Assembly: GCA_964477545.1 (NCBI GenBank)
Contig: CAYZEJ010000003.1
Location: 1 to 45,754 of the forward strand
Length of the DNA stretch: 45,754 bases
From: an uncultured Anaerolineaceae bacterium
GTDB lineage: Bacteria > Chloroflexota > Limnocylindria > Limnocylindrales > CSP1-4
Direction of reading: 5' to 3'
The notes beneath the pieces were generated by a model. It searched no databases, was not told the origin of the DNA, and saw only the letters and a list, made by a program, of their open reading frames with translations. Shown one piece after another: positions 1 through 8,573 of this stretch; position 1 is the first letter of the stretch; every line of letters starts with the position of its first letter. The translations under genes and the position numbers were made by a program.

Positions 1-1160
1 TGCCGCTGCTCGATCTGGCTGACCTCTCGACCGCGCTCAAGTTCCTTTCGTCCGACGAGGGCAAGCCCGTCCTGGCCGATTACGGGGGAATGTCCAGCGC
101 CTCGGTCGGAGTGCTGCTCCGCTCGATCGTCGTGCTCGAGCAGGAAGGCGCCGACACCTTTTTCGGCGAGCCCGAGTTCGAGGTGCTCGATCTCCTGCGC
201 ACGACCGCACAGGGCCAGGGAATCATCAGCCTGCTCGAGCTGTCGGACGTCATGGAGAAGCCGCGCCTCTTCTCCACGTTCATGCTCTGGATCCTCGCTC
301 AGCTTTATGCGGCGTTGCCTGAGATCGGCGACGTTGCGCAGCCCAAGCTCTGTTTCTTCTTCGACGAGGCGCACCTGCTGTTCCACGACGCGTCGGACGC
401 ACTGCTGGAGCAGATCGAGCGCACCGCGCGCCTGATCCGCTCCAAGGGCGTGGGCATCTACTTCGTCACTCACGCGCCGACAGACGTCGCCCCCGTGGTG
501 CTTTCCCAGTTGGGCCATCGCGTCCAGCACGCCCTGCGCGCCTTCACTCCCGACGACGCGGATGCGCTGCGCAAGACAGTGCGTACCTTCCCGACGACCG
601 AGTTCTACGACGTCGACAAGCTGCTCACCTCACTCGGCATCGGCGAGGCGGCAGTAACGGTGCTGTCTGCTCGCGGCGTTCCCACGCCGCTTGCGGCCAC
701 GCGCCTGCCTGCGCCCGATTCGAGCATGGAGCCGCTCGACGAAACCGAGTTCCAGCGACGGATCGCGGCCAGCGCCCTGACCGTCAAGTACGGCGCGACC
801 CTCGACCGCGAGAGCGCCCATGAACGAATCACTGCGCGCCAGATCAATGCGCGCGCGGCCGCCGCCCAGGAGGCGGCCCGGGAGCAGATGTCGCCGACGA
901 CGAACTCGGGCCTGAACACGATGACTCCGGCTCAGCAGCGGCGCGAGGTCCAGCGCCAGGTCCGTGAGGCGAAAGCTGCCCAGAAGGCGGCCGAGAGGGA
1001 GGCAAAGGCACGCGCGGCCGAACAACGCCGCGCCGAGCGCGACCGACAACGCTCGATCGACAACGCCATTCGAACCGGCGGCCGAGTCATCACCTCGCGT
1101 GCTACCGGGAGTATCGTGCGCAGAGTGTTAGACGCGATCCTCGGAGGCGGCCGCCGCTGA
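1..1160 (+). CDS. DUF853/YjgR helicase HerA-like ATPase (5' truncated by window edge)
   Basis: Walker B 'FFFDEAHLLF', 'RLIRSKGVGIYFVTH', 'RVQHALRAFTP', 'LGIGEAAVTVL'; reading frame is open back to the window start. Confidence 0.9.
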   Translation, partial: PLLDLADLSTALKFLSSDEGKPVLADYGGMSSASVGVLLRSIVVLEQEGADTFFGEPEFEVLDLLRTTAQGQGIISLLELSDVMEKPRLFSTFMLWILAQLYAALPEIGDVAQPKLCFFFDEAHLLFHDASDALLEQIERTARLIRSKGVGIYFVTHAPTDVAPVVLSQLGHRVQHALRAFTPDDADALRKTVRTFPTTEFYDVDKLLTSLGIGEAAVTVLSARGVPTPLAATRLPAPDSSMEPLDETEFQRRIAASALTVKYGATLDRESAHERITARQINARAAAAQEAAREQMSPTTNSGLNTMTPAQQRREVQRQVREAKAAQKAAEREAKARAAEQRRAERDRQRSIDNAIRTGGRVITSRATGSIVRRVLDAILGGGRR

Positions 1161-1781
1161 ACCCAACGCCGTTGCCGGATGGCTGCTGGCTCGGATGGAG
1201 GACCATCCCTCGCGCACAAGAATCGCGGCGACGGCCAGAGCGCCGATCGCATCCGCCCACGTCAGGCCAAAGATCTCAGCGAGACCCAGGCTCGCCAGGC
1301 TTATCAGCGCCAGCAACGCTGCGACGCCCGTCAGGACGCTGTCGGCGCGCAGCGCGCCGCTCCCCAGATTTGCCGCGACGCGGTACTTCGCCAGCGCGAG
1401 CGGTGGGAGCGCCGCGATTGAGAAGAGCAGCAACGTCGCGCCGACTGCCGTGAACTCCGGATGCGCGTTGTCGGCCAGCGCCCGGACGGCGCTGACGGCG
1501 AGGTAGATCGCCAGGAGGAGGAGCACCCCACCCACGATCCTCTCGGCGATGGTCTCCACTCGCTCGGCGCGATGAGGCTGACGCGCCTCGATTCGAAACG
1601 GCCAGAAGAGAGCAACCGACGCGGCCGAATCCACCGCGGCGTCGCAACCGAAGCCGAGTAGCGAAAGGCTGCCGCTCGAAAGCGCGACAACTACTGCGAC
1701 TCCGCCCACCACGGCACTCATACCGATGCTCAGCAGCGAGAGACCGACCGCGCGACGGACCAGCCCGTCGCGGTCGCGCAA
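1128..1781 (-). CDS. Cation diffusion facilitator-like (cation efflux) membrane protein, TM domain only
   Basis: About 6 hydrophobic segments; 'SGSLSLLGFGCDAAVDS', 'LGSGALRADS', 'WADAIGALAVAAILVREGW'. Confidence 0.75.
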   Translation of the reverse strand: MRDRDGLVRRAVGLSLLSIGMSAVVGGVAVVVALSSGSLSLLGFGCDAAVDSAASVALFWPFRIEARQPHRAERVETIAERIVGGVLLLLAIYLAVSAVRALADNAHPEFTAVGATLLLFSIAALPPLALAKYRVAANLGSGALRADSVLTGVAALLALISLASLGLAEIFGLTWADAIGALAVAAILVREGWSSIRASSHPATALGSAAAASEDRV

Positions 1782-1786
1782 AGCGG

Positions 1787-2605
1787 CTACCTGACGACGA
1801 GGTCCTTGGGCAGGTCGGCCGGCGCCGGGTAGTCGGGCTTCAGGTCAGCGATCGTGTCGGCCAGGATGCTCGATATCGCGAGGTCGCGGAACCAGTTTCG
1901 GTTGGACGGGATGACGTACCAGGGCGCATCTGCCGTGGAGGTTTCCGCAAGCGCGTCCTCATAGGCGGCCGTGTAGTCGTCCCAAAGCTTGCGTTCCTCG
2001 ATGTCCCCCGGAGAGAACTTCCAGCGCTTCTTCGGGTTGTCGTAGCGCTCCTGGAGCCGCTCGCGCTGCTCCTCCTTGCTGATGTGCAGGAAGAACTTGA
2101 CGATCGTCGTCCCGCTCTGTGTGAGCAGCTCCTCGAACTCCCGGATCGTCTTGTACCGGCCCGACCAGACGGCCTTGGGCACGAGCTCGTGCACGCGCAC
2201 GATCAAAACCTCTTCGTAGTGAGATCGATTGAAAACTCCTATCTCGCCCTTGCCCGGGACTCGCTTGTGCACGCGCCACAGGAAATCGTGAGCGGCCTCT
2301 TCCGCGGTCGGCACCTTGAAGCTCGCGACGTAACAGCCCTGTGGATTGAATGCAGTCATCACCTGGCGGATCGCGCCGTCCTTGCCTGACGCGTCGATCC
2401 CCTGGAGGACGACCAACACGGCGTGCTTGCCTTCCGCCCACAGCCGGTCCTGGAGGTCTTCGAGCCGCCGCAGGTTCTCCTCGGTGGCCTCCTCGGCGTC
2501 CTTCCTTTTCCAGCCGCGGAAGTCGGCCGGATCACGTTCCGACAGATCGACGCGCGTCGCCGGCTTGACTCGCAGCACCGTGCGCAGATCTGACTCGCGG
2601 GCCAT
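1787..2605 (-). CDS. ppk2: Polyphosphate kinase 2 family (class III, polyphosphate:AMP/ADP phosphotransferase-like)
   Basis: Walker A 'QGIDASGKDG', 'FKVPTAEEAAHDFLWR', 'FNRSHYEEVL', 'APWYVIPSNRNWFR'; TAGTCT -10 box 6 nt upstream of ATG. Confidence 0.93.
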   Translation of the reverse strand: MARESDLRTVLRVKPATRVDLSERDPADFRGWKRKDAEEATEENLRRLEDLQDRLWAEGKHAVLVVLQGIDASGKDGAIRQVMTAFNPQGCYVASFKVPTAEEAAHDFLWRVHKRVPGKGEIGVFNRSHYEEVLIVRVHELVPKAVWSGRYKTIREFEELLTQSGTTIVKFFLHISKEEQRERLQERYDNPKKRWKFSPGDIEERKLWDDYTAAYEDALAETSTADAPWYVIPSNRNWFRDLAISSILADTIADLKPDYPAPADLPKDLVVR

Positions 2606-2701
2606 CGGCGGAGACTATCGGCTCGGGCTGTGCATCCGCAGCGCGATGGCTATTGTTGTCGCGCCGTATCGGCCAGAGACGTTTCAGCGGAGGATCGCCA
2701 A

Positions 2702-2815
2702 GTGTCACACCACGAGAAGAAGGGCGCGGCGGGCGCCGACGTGAAGAAGGCGTCAACCAGCAAGGCGGGCGCTTCAAAGTCGGGCGCAGCGAAGAAGACG
2801 TCGAAGGGCAAGTAG
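2702..2815 (+). CDS. Small Lys/Ala/Ser-rich basic peptide (37 aa)
   Basis: GGAGG RBS before GTG 2702; MSHHEKKGAAGADVKKASTSKAGASKSGAAKKTSKGK; followed by an intrinsic terminator. Confidence 0.55.
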   Translation: MSHHEKKGAAGADVKKASTSKAGASKSGAAKKTSKGK

Positions 2816-2834
2816 CCCCCGCTCGACTCGATAC

Positions 2835-2875
2835 GAGGGCCCAGATGCGGCGCATCCGGGCCCTCTTCTTTGTTT
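2835..2875 (+). terminator. Rho-independent terminator
   Basis: GAGGGCCCAGATGC-ggc-GCATCCGGGCCCTC hairpin followed by TTCTTTGTTT. Confidence 0.8.
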
Positions 2876-3027
2876 GTCGTGGTAGCGCGAGTGTCAGCCG
2901 CGCGTAGTACTTCTGTGGTACCTCCGTCACGGTGCGCGGGGCGGGGGCGGGTGGCAGCCTTGCGCTGACATTCGCGCGAATTGGGATCGAGGTGCATCGC
3001 CTGGTCGCGCGCGACGAGCTTGAGGCT

Positions 3028-3486
3028 ATGGCGCAACTCGAATTGCTACGTCGCACCGCGAAAGCGGGCAGCCGTCGGCGACGCCGCCAGCGCACGCGCG
3101 GCCAGTCGCTGGTCGAGTTCGCGATCGTCCTGCCCGTCTTCCTGCTCATCGCCTTCGCAATATTCGACTTCGGCCTGGCGTTCGATGCCTCGATCGGCAT
3201 CAGCAACGCGGCTCGAGAGGGAGCGCGGCAGGGGGCGACACAGCCCAACGCCGCGGCGATCACGGCGCGTGTCCGGACCGTCGCCGGCAGGCTCAACGAT
3301 TCCCGACTGACCGTCACCGTCACCTGCAAGACGACAACCGGCGCGGCCTGTCCGGGCGGCATCGCGGGGGCCACGACCGGCGGATCTGTCGTCGTCCGCG
3401 TGGGCTACTCGTACTCGATGCTCACTCCGATCGCGTTTGGCACGGCGATTCCGCTCAGCTCGACGGCCGAGATGCGCGTCGAATGA
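3028..3486 (+). CDS. tadE: TadE/TadG family pseudopilin
   Basis: Class III signal 'RGQSLVEFAIVLPVFLLIAFAIFDFG' and 'SNAAREGAR'; GAGG upstream of ATG 3028. Confidence 0.88.
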   Translation: MAQLELLRRTAKAGSRRRRRQRTRGQSLVEFAIVLPVFLLIAFAIFDFGLAFDASIGISNAAREGARQGATQPNAAAITARVRTVAGRLNDSRLTVTVTCKTTTGAACPGGIAGATTGGSVVVRVGYSYSMLTPIAFGTAIPLSSTAEMRVE

Positions 3487-4811
3487 TCGCCCGGCTGCGC
3501 TCGCGCCGCTCTGAAGGGGAACGCGGCCAGGCACTGGTCCTGTTCGTCGTCGCCCTGGTCATGTTGCTGACGGTGCTTGCCCTGGTGATCAACGGTGGCA
3601 TCCTGCGTCGCTCGGACCAGGAGCTGTGGAACGCGCTCGACGCAGGGGCACTCGCCGGGGCTGCCAGCTTGCCCGCCAACGCGGCCGGTGCGAGGAGCGA
3701 TGCCGTGAAGTTCGCCCGGATCAACCATCCGGCGCTCTCGGCTGCGTCAGTCAACGTCACCTTCCGGTGTCTCGTCGGCGACCGCAACTCGGACGGCCGG
3801 CCCGACGCGGCCGACATTCCGGCCACCTGCAACCCGGGCGCCGGCGCCCGTTGGGTATGTGCCAACGGCAAGTGTGTGGCGGCGTGCGACCCGACCCGCG
3901 GCGGAGTGTGCAATACCGTCGTCCTCGGCGGAACTGTGCCCACGAACTACCGTCTGGGCGAGGTCACGGGGGTCCCCGGCGCGAGCACCACGCTGGAGTC
4001 GGCCGCGTGCAGCGGCCTCTGCGGCAGCGACCCGACGGCGCCTCTCGACATCGCCTTCATCATCGACCGCACCAGCAGCATGAGCGCTGCGGACCTCATC
4101 AACGTAAAGAACGCCACGCTTTCGACCCTGCGCATCCTCGACCCCACCAGGCAGCACGTGGCGATGGGTGTGCTGGGCCGCAGCCAGACGTCGGCGTCGT
4201 GCGGCGGCACGGGCAATCCCTTCGGCATCGCGAGCCTGGTTACCAACGTGGGCACCTGGGTGACCGTTCCCTACCCGTCGTCGCGCTCACTGAGCAATAA
4301 CTACCAGAATCGAGACGGCTCGCTCAACTCCAGAAGCCAGCTGGTGCGCACGATCAACTGTCTCAACCACTCGCAGACGATGACCAACCTGGGCGATCCG
4401 CTGCGTGCGGTCGCGAACGCGATGATCCTGCGCGGCCGGCCCGGGGTCACGAAGGGGATCATCCTGATGACCGACGGCGCGGCCAACCAGCCCAACCTGC
4501 GATCGTGCAAATACGCCAACGACAATGCGACCGCGGTCAAGCAGATGGGCATCGAGGTCTTCACCATCGGCTTCGGCGTCGTCGGCGATCGCTGCATCGA
4601 CGTCGACGGGACATATCGCAATGCCTCGGCGGCAAACCTGCTCGCCGACATGGCCACGGGACCGACTGACAACGACGGCTGCACGGACGCCGAGAACACA
4701 GACGGCGACCATTTCTTCTGCGAGCCGCGCTCCGACAGCCTCACCTCGGTGTTCCGCGCGGCGACCTCGGCGCTCGTCGCCGGGAGCGTTCGGTTGGTCG
4801 ACCTGCCCTGA
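3483..4811 (+). CDS. TadG-like pseudopilin with von Willebrand A domain
   Basis: 'ERGQALVLFVVALVMLL', 'NALDAGALAGA', MIDAS 'IIDRTSSMS', 'ILMTDG', 'IEVFTIGFG'; Cys-rich; ATGA overlap with tadE. Confidence 0.85.
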   Translation: MIARLRSRRSEGERGQALVLFVVALVMLLTVLALVINGGILRRSDQELWNALDAGALAGAASLPANAAGARSDAVKFARINHPALSAASVNVTFRCLVGDRNSDGRPDAADIPATCNPGAGARWVCANGKCVAACDPTRGGVCNTVVLGGTVPTNYRLGEVTGVPGASTTLESAACSGLCGSDPTAPLDIAFIIDRTSSMSAADLINVKNATLSTLRILDPTRQHVAMGVLGRSQTSASCGGTGNPFGIASLVTNVGTWVTVPYPSSRSLSNNYQNRDGSLNSRSQLVRTINCLNHSQTMTNLGDPLRAVANAMILRGRPGVTKGIILMTDGAANQPNLRSCKYANDNATAVKQMGIEVFTIGFGVVGDRCIDVDGTYRNASAANLLADMATGPTDNDGCTDAENTDGDHFFCEPRSDSLTSVFRAATSALVAGSVRLVDLP

Positions 4812-4865
4812 GTTCCGCGGCCACGCGAAAGCTCGCGCTGCCGGCGCGTAGAATCCGCGCTCGCC

Positions 4866-6329
4866 ATGGCCGTCGCTGTCAAGCCGCATCCGATCTTCCT
4901 GGCTGGCCGCTGGGTCGATTCGCCCGACACGCTCGAGGTGACCAACCCGGCGCGGCCCGACGAACCGGCCGGCGCGACCTATCACGCGACCGGGGAGCAG
5001 TACGAGGAGGCCGTTCAGGCCGCCGTGACCGCATTCGAGGTCACGCGCCGCCTGCCTGCGTACGAGCGCGGCGCCATCCTGCGCAGCATCAGCGCGGGGA
5101 TCCGCGAGCGGCGTGAGGAGCTGGGCCGCCTGATAACGCTCGAGTCCGGCAAGCCGATTCGCGACTCACTGGTCGAGGTGGATCGGGCGACACTGACGTT
5201 CCGCCTGGGCGCCGAGGAGGCCGAGCGCATCCACGGCGAGTTGATCCCGCTCGACATCATGCCGAGCTCCAAGGGACGAGTCGGCATCACGCGACGCTTC
5301 CCACTCGGCCCGATCGCGGCTATCAGTCCGTTCAACTTCCCGCTCAACCTGGCTGCGCACAAGCTGGCGCCCGCGATCGCGGCGGGTAACTCGATCGTGC
5401 TCAAGCCGCCTTCCAAGGACCCACTCACGATGCTCACCGTCGCGGAGATCGTCGAGAAGTCCGGCGTGCCCGAGGGCGCCGTGAGCATCCTGCCCATGAG
5501 TCGCAGCCTTGGCGACCGGATGGTCCAGGACGACCGCTTCAAGCTGCTCAGCTTCACCGGCTCACCGTCAGTTGGCTGGAGGATGAAGGAGCGAGCCGGC
5601 AAGAAGCGGGTGGTGCTCGAGCTGGGCGGCAACGCGGGCGTGATCGTCGACGCCTCGGCCGACCTTGACTGGGCCGTCAAGCGGACGCTGGTCGGGGCCT
5701 TCAGCTACGCCGGACAGGTGTGCATAAGCGTCCAGCGGATCTTCATCCACCGCTCTCTCTACGACGCATTTCTCGAGCGCCTGGTCGCGGGCGCACGCGA
5801 GCTGGTCGTCGGCGACCCTCTCGATCCCGAGACCCAGCTTGGTCCGATGGTCGACGTACAGGCGGCGCAGCGGACGGAGCGCTGGGTGCGCGAGGCCGAG
5901 GAAATGGGCGGACGAGTCCTCACCGGCGGCCGTGCCGACGGCTCGTACTTTCCGCCAACGGTGCTGGTCGACACGCCGCCTCAGGCGCAGGTGTGCAGCA
6001 ACGAGGCCTTCGCCCCACTCGTTGTTGCCTTTCCGTTCGACGATTTCGACCAGGCGATCCGAGGCGTGAACGACAGCTTCTACGGCCTTCAGACCGGTGT
6101 CTTCACAAACGATCTACAGCACTCGTGGCAGGCGTTCAACGAGCTCGAGGTCGGTGGCGTGATCGTCAATGACGTCCCCACGTACCGCATCGACCACATG
6201 CCCTATGGCGGCGTGAAGGATTCGGGCCTTGGCCGCGAAGGACTGCGTTGGTCGATCGAGGACATGACCGAGATCCGGCTGATGGTCGTCGCCGAACCGG
6301 AGGGCCCCGCTCCGGCACCAGCGAGCTAG
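4866..6329 (+). CDS. Aldehyde dehydrogenase family protein
   Basis: 'ISPFNFPLNL', 'FTGS', 'LELGGN', catalytic Cys in 'AGQVCIS', 'PYGGVKDSGLGREG'. Confidence 0.95.
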   Translation: MAVAVKPHPIFLAGRWVDSPDTLEVTNPARPDEPAGATYHATGEQYEEAVQAAVTAFEVTRRLPAYERGAILRSISAGIRERREELGRLITLESGKPIRDSLVEVDRATLTFRLGAEEAERIHGELIPLDIMPSSKGRVGITRRFPLGPIAAISPFNFPLNLAAHKLAPAIAAGNSIVLKPPSKDPLTMLTVAEIVEKSGVPEGAVSILPMSRSLGDRMVQDDRFKLLSFTGSPSVGWRMKERAGKKRVVLELGGNAGVIVDASADLDWAVKRTLVGAFSYAGQVCISVQRIFIHRSLYDAFLERLVAGARELVVGDPLDPETQLGPMVDVQAAQRTERWVREAEEMGGRVLTGGRADGSYFPPTVLVDTPPQAQVCSNEAFAPLVVAFPFDDFDQAIRGVNDSFYGLQTGVFTNDLQHSWQAFNELEVGGVIVNDVPTYRIDHMPYGGVKDSGLGREGLRWSIEDMTEIRLMVVAEPEGPAPAPAS

Positions 6330-6584
6330 CGCCGCCCGCGAATGGTCCCAGCGAATTTCAAACTCATGACAGGGGGTCATTTTGGGCTGCCTGCCCTTAC
6401 CAGGTCGACCCACCGTGGCACCGCACTTCACCAGCCCCTTGGCCAACGGTTGCCACTCATCCGACACGACGGCCGTGACGAATGTACGGGGCTCATTACC
6501 CCTCCCGGTCCATGGCCGCGTTCGAACGCGAATGGTTCGCTTCGCAGTGCACGGAAATTAATTACACAGGTAGAAGGGAAATTG

Positions 6585-7205
6585 ATGATGAAGCGAAAGA
6601 ACGGGAATCGCCGAAGGCGGCTCCTCATCGCCGGACTCTCGTCGCTCGCGATCGTCGGATTGGCGGCCGGAACGATGGTGTCCATGGCGCTGTTCACTGA
6701 CCAGGAGACAGACGACTCGACCTTCACCACGGGCACGATCATCCTCGACTCCACGAAGGTCTCGGCCCTCAACCTGACGACCAGTGCGCTGATGCCCGGC
6801 GACGCGGTGTCCAGCTCAGTGACGGTCGAGAACGACGGGACCGCGCAACTGCGCTACGCCGTCAGCCAGACGAGCACGAACGCGGACTCGAAGGACCTGC
6901 GTGACTCACTGCTGCTCGTCATCCGCACCGAGGACACCGGGGCCGGCGCCTTCGGTACCGACGGCAACTACTGCGACGACGCCAATGGCACGGTCCTGCG
7001 CGCGTCAGCCGCGATAGGCACAAGTGGAAACCTCGTCGGCGATCCGACGCAGGGTTCGCACGGCGGCGACCGCACGCTGAACGCGTCGGCGAACGAGGTG
7101 CTCTGCTTCTACGTCAGCCTGAGCATCGACGCCCCGGACACGTCGCAAGGCGCATCCACGACCACGACGTTCACGTTCTCCGCCGAGCAGACGGCGAACA
7201 ACTAG
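6585..7205 (+). CDS. TasA/CalY (camelysin)-like SipW-processed fibre subunit
   Basis: Basic N-region and hydrophobic core, then 'SMA|LFTDQET...FTTGTIIL'; 'ALMPGDAVSSSVTVENDGTAQLRY'; C-terminal 'FTFSAEQ'; adjacent to sipW. Confidence 0.85.
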   Translation: MMKRKNGNRRRRLLIAGLSSLAIVGLAAGTMVSMALFTDQETDDSTFTTGTIILDSTKVSALNLTTSALMPGDAVSSSVTVENDGTAQLRYAVSQTSTNADSKDLRDSLLLVIRTEDTGAGAFGTDGNYCDDANGTVLRASAAIGTSGNLVGDPTQGSHGGDRTLNASANEVLCFYVSLSIDAPDTSQGASTTTTFTFSAEQTANN

Positions 7206-7229
7206 GCATCGCCCCCTTCTATCAAGGTC

Positions 7230-7270
7230 GCGGCGGTCCGGTCGAAAGACCGGGCCGCCGTACTCCGTTT
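7230..7270 (+). terminator. Strong GAAA-capped hairpin between the tasA-like gene and sipW (leaky terminator or stability element)
   Basis: CGGCGGTCCGGTC-GAAA-GACCGGGCCGCCG, poor U-tract (TACTCCGTTT). Confidence 0.65.
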
Positions 7271-7282
7271 CACGAGGAAAAC

Positions 7283-7828
7283 ATGTCAGTCAAGGCGATA
7301 AAGATCGTTCGAGCCTCGTTCAAGGTGACCTGGCTTGCAGCGATCTTTGCGCTGGTTGGGCTGGTCTCGCTGCCTCATCTGCTTCCGCCGCTCCAGCGTG
7401 AGCTCTATGTCGTTCGAGGCGGCTCCATGGAGCCACAGATCCCGGTGGGTGCCGCGGTGATCGTCCGACACGTGGGCGCCGGTGATCTCCACGTTGGTGA
7501 CGTGATCACCTTCCGTGGCGTCAACGGGACGGTTATCACGCACCGCATCGTGGACGTTCCAGCCGCCGGGGGCGGCCTGCGCACCAAGGGCGACGCGAGC
7601 AGCGCCGCCGATACGTCCATGGTTGCGCCCACGGATGTCATCGGCATGGTCGAAGTAGTCATCCCAGCGGCTGGCGCCGTCCTGACCACCCTCGGTTCCA
7701 CGATCGGGATCGTTGCCACGCTCGGGCTGCTCGGTGGGCTGCTGGTCGCAGTCTGGTTCATGGACGAGCTGCTCCGCAGCGTCCAACGGCCTATTCGGCG
7801 CGGCACGGCCGCCATCAGGGCGGACTGA
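7283..7828 (+). CDS. sipW: Signal peptidase I, SipW (ER-type, Ser/His)
   Basis: 'VRGGSMEPQIPVG', 'VGDVITF', 'VITHRIV', 'RTKGDA'; N- and C-terminal TM segments; GAGGA RBS. Confidence 0.9.
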   Translation: MSVKAIKIVRASFKVTWLAAIFALVGLVSLPHLLPPLQRELYVVRGGSMEPQIPVGAAVIVRHVGAGDLHVGDVITFRGVNGTVITHRIVDVPAAGGGLRTKGDASSAADTSMVAPTDVIGMVEVVIPAAGAVLTTLGSTIGIVATLGLLGGLLVAVWFMDELLRSVQRPIRRGTAAIRAD

Positions 7829-7829
7829 G

Positions 7830-8573
7830 ATGTTGGCTCTGCGCACCGTACGGCGAGCCTCGCTCCTCGCGATCGCCGTTCTGACGGTCCTCAACGTCGG
7901 TGTGCTCGTGGCCGGCCTCATCCTGAACGGCCTGGGCGGAACCAGCGCGCTGTTCACCAGCACGCAGCCGGTCAACGCCGCGCTTGGCGCCGCGCGCATC
8001 TTCAGTGACGAGCGGGTCACGACAGGCTTTGCCGTCGGCGATCACTCGTCCGGATCCGCCGTCGATGGTTCGAGCACGACCGCGTTTGGCAGCGACGGCC
8101 GCTACTTCCTCACGCGCACGTGGCCGACTTCCTTCGCGACCGATCGATACGTCGACCTGGACTTCAACGCCCCTCTGCCGGCAGGGCTGACCGCGCAGAG
8201 CGTCGCGCTGAACATTCGTCTGGCGAGCGATGCCGGGACCGGAAGCGTCTGCATCTACGTTGAAGCGCGGCGCGCGTCGACGGGCTCTCTTCTGTCGAGC
8301 CACGGCAGCTCGGGCAGCCCGCTCGCGTGCACCAGCGGCGCGACCTACTCGACGGTCAACGTGACGTTGACCTCTGTCGACGCGACGGACTTGGCCAACG
8401 ACGTCCGGGTGCGCATCTTCGCCCGCGACAGCGCCGCCAGCGCCATCCGCCTGGACGAGGCGACGGTTGCCGGCAGCACCCCATACAGCACCTTCACGCT
8501 GTATCCGGTCCAGACGAGCGAGCTGTATAGCGGTCAGACCGAGCTCATTCGCTGGGGGCTGGCGGGCCCATGA
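7830..8573 (+). CDS. Second SipW-dependent secreted protein (minor fibre subunit/adaptor candidate)
   Basis: Signal peptide ending 'GGTSA|LFTSTQ'; beta-rich body containing 'SHGSSGSPLAC'; ATGA coupling to the downstream gene. Confidence 0.75.
   Translation: MLALRTVRRASLLAIAVLTVLNVGVLVAGLILNGLGGTSALFTSTQPVNAALGAARIFSDERVTTGFAVGDHSSGSAVDGSSTTAFGSDGRYFLTRTWPTSFATDRYVDLDFNAPLPAGLTAQSVALNIRLASDAGTGSVCIYVEARRASTGSLLSSHGSSGSPLACTSGATYSTVNVTLTSVDATDLANDVRVRIFARDSAASAIRLDEATVAGSTPYSTFTLYPVQTSELYSGQTELIRWGLAGP

Noticed and set aside
6366-6380. ATGAC-N5-GTCAT inverted repeat upstream of the tasA-like gene
   Set aside because: Single short occurrence with no second copy seen; could be chance
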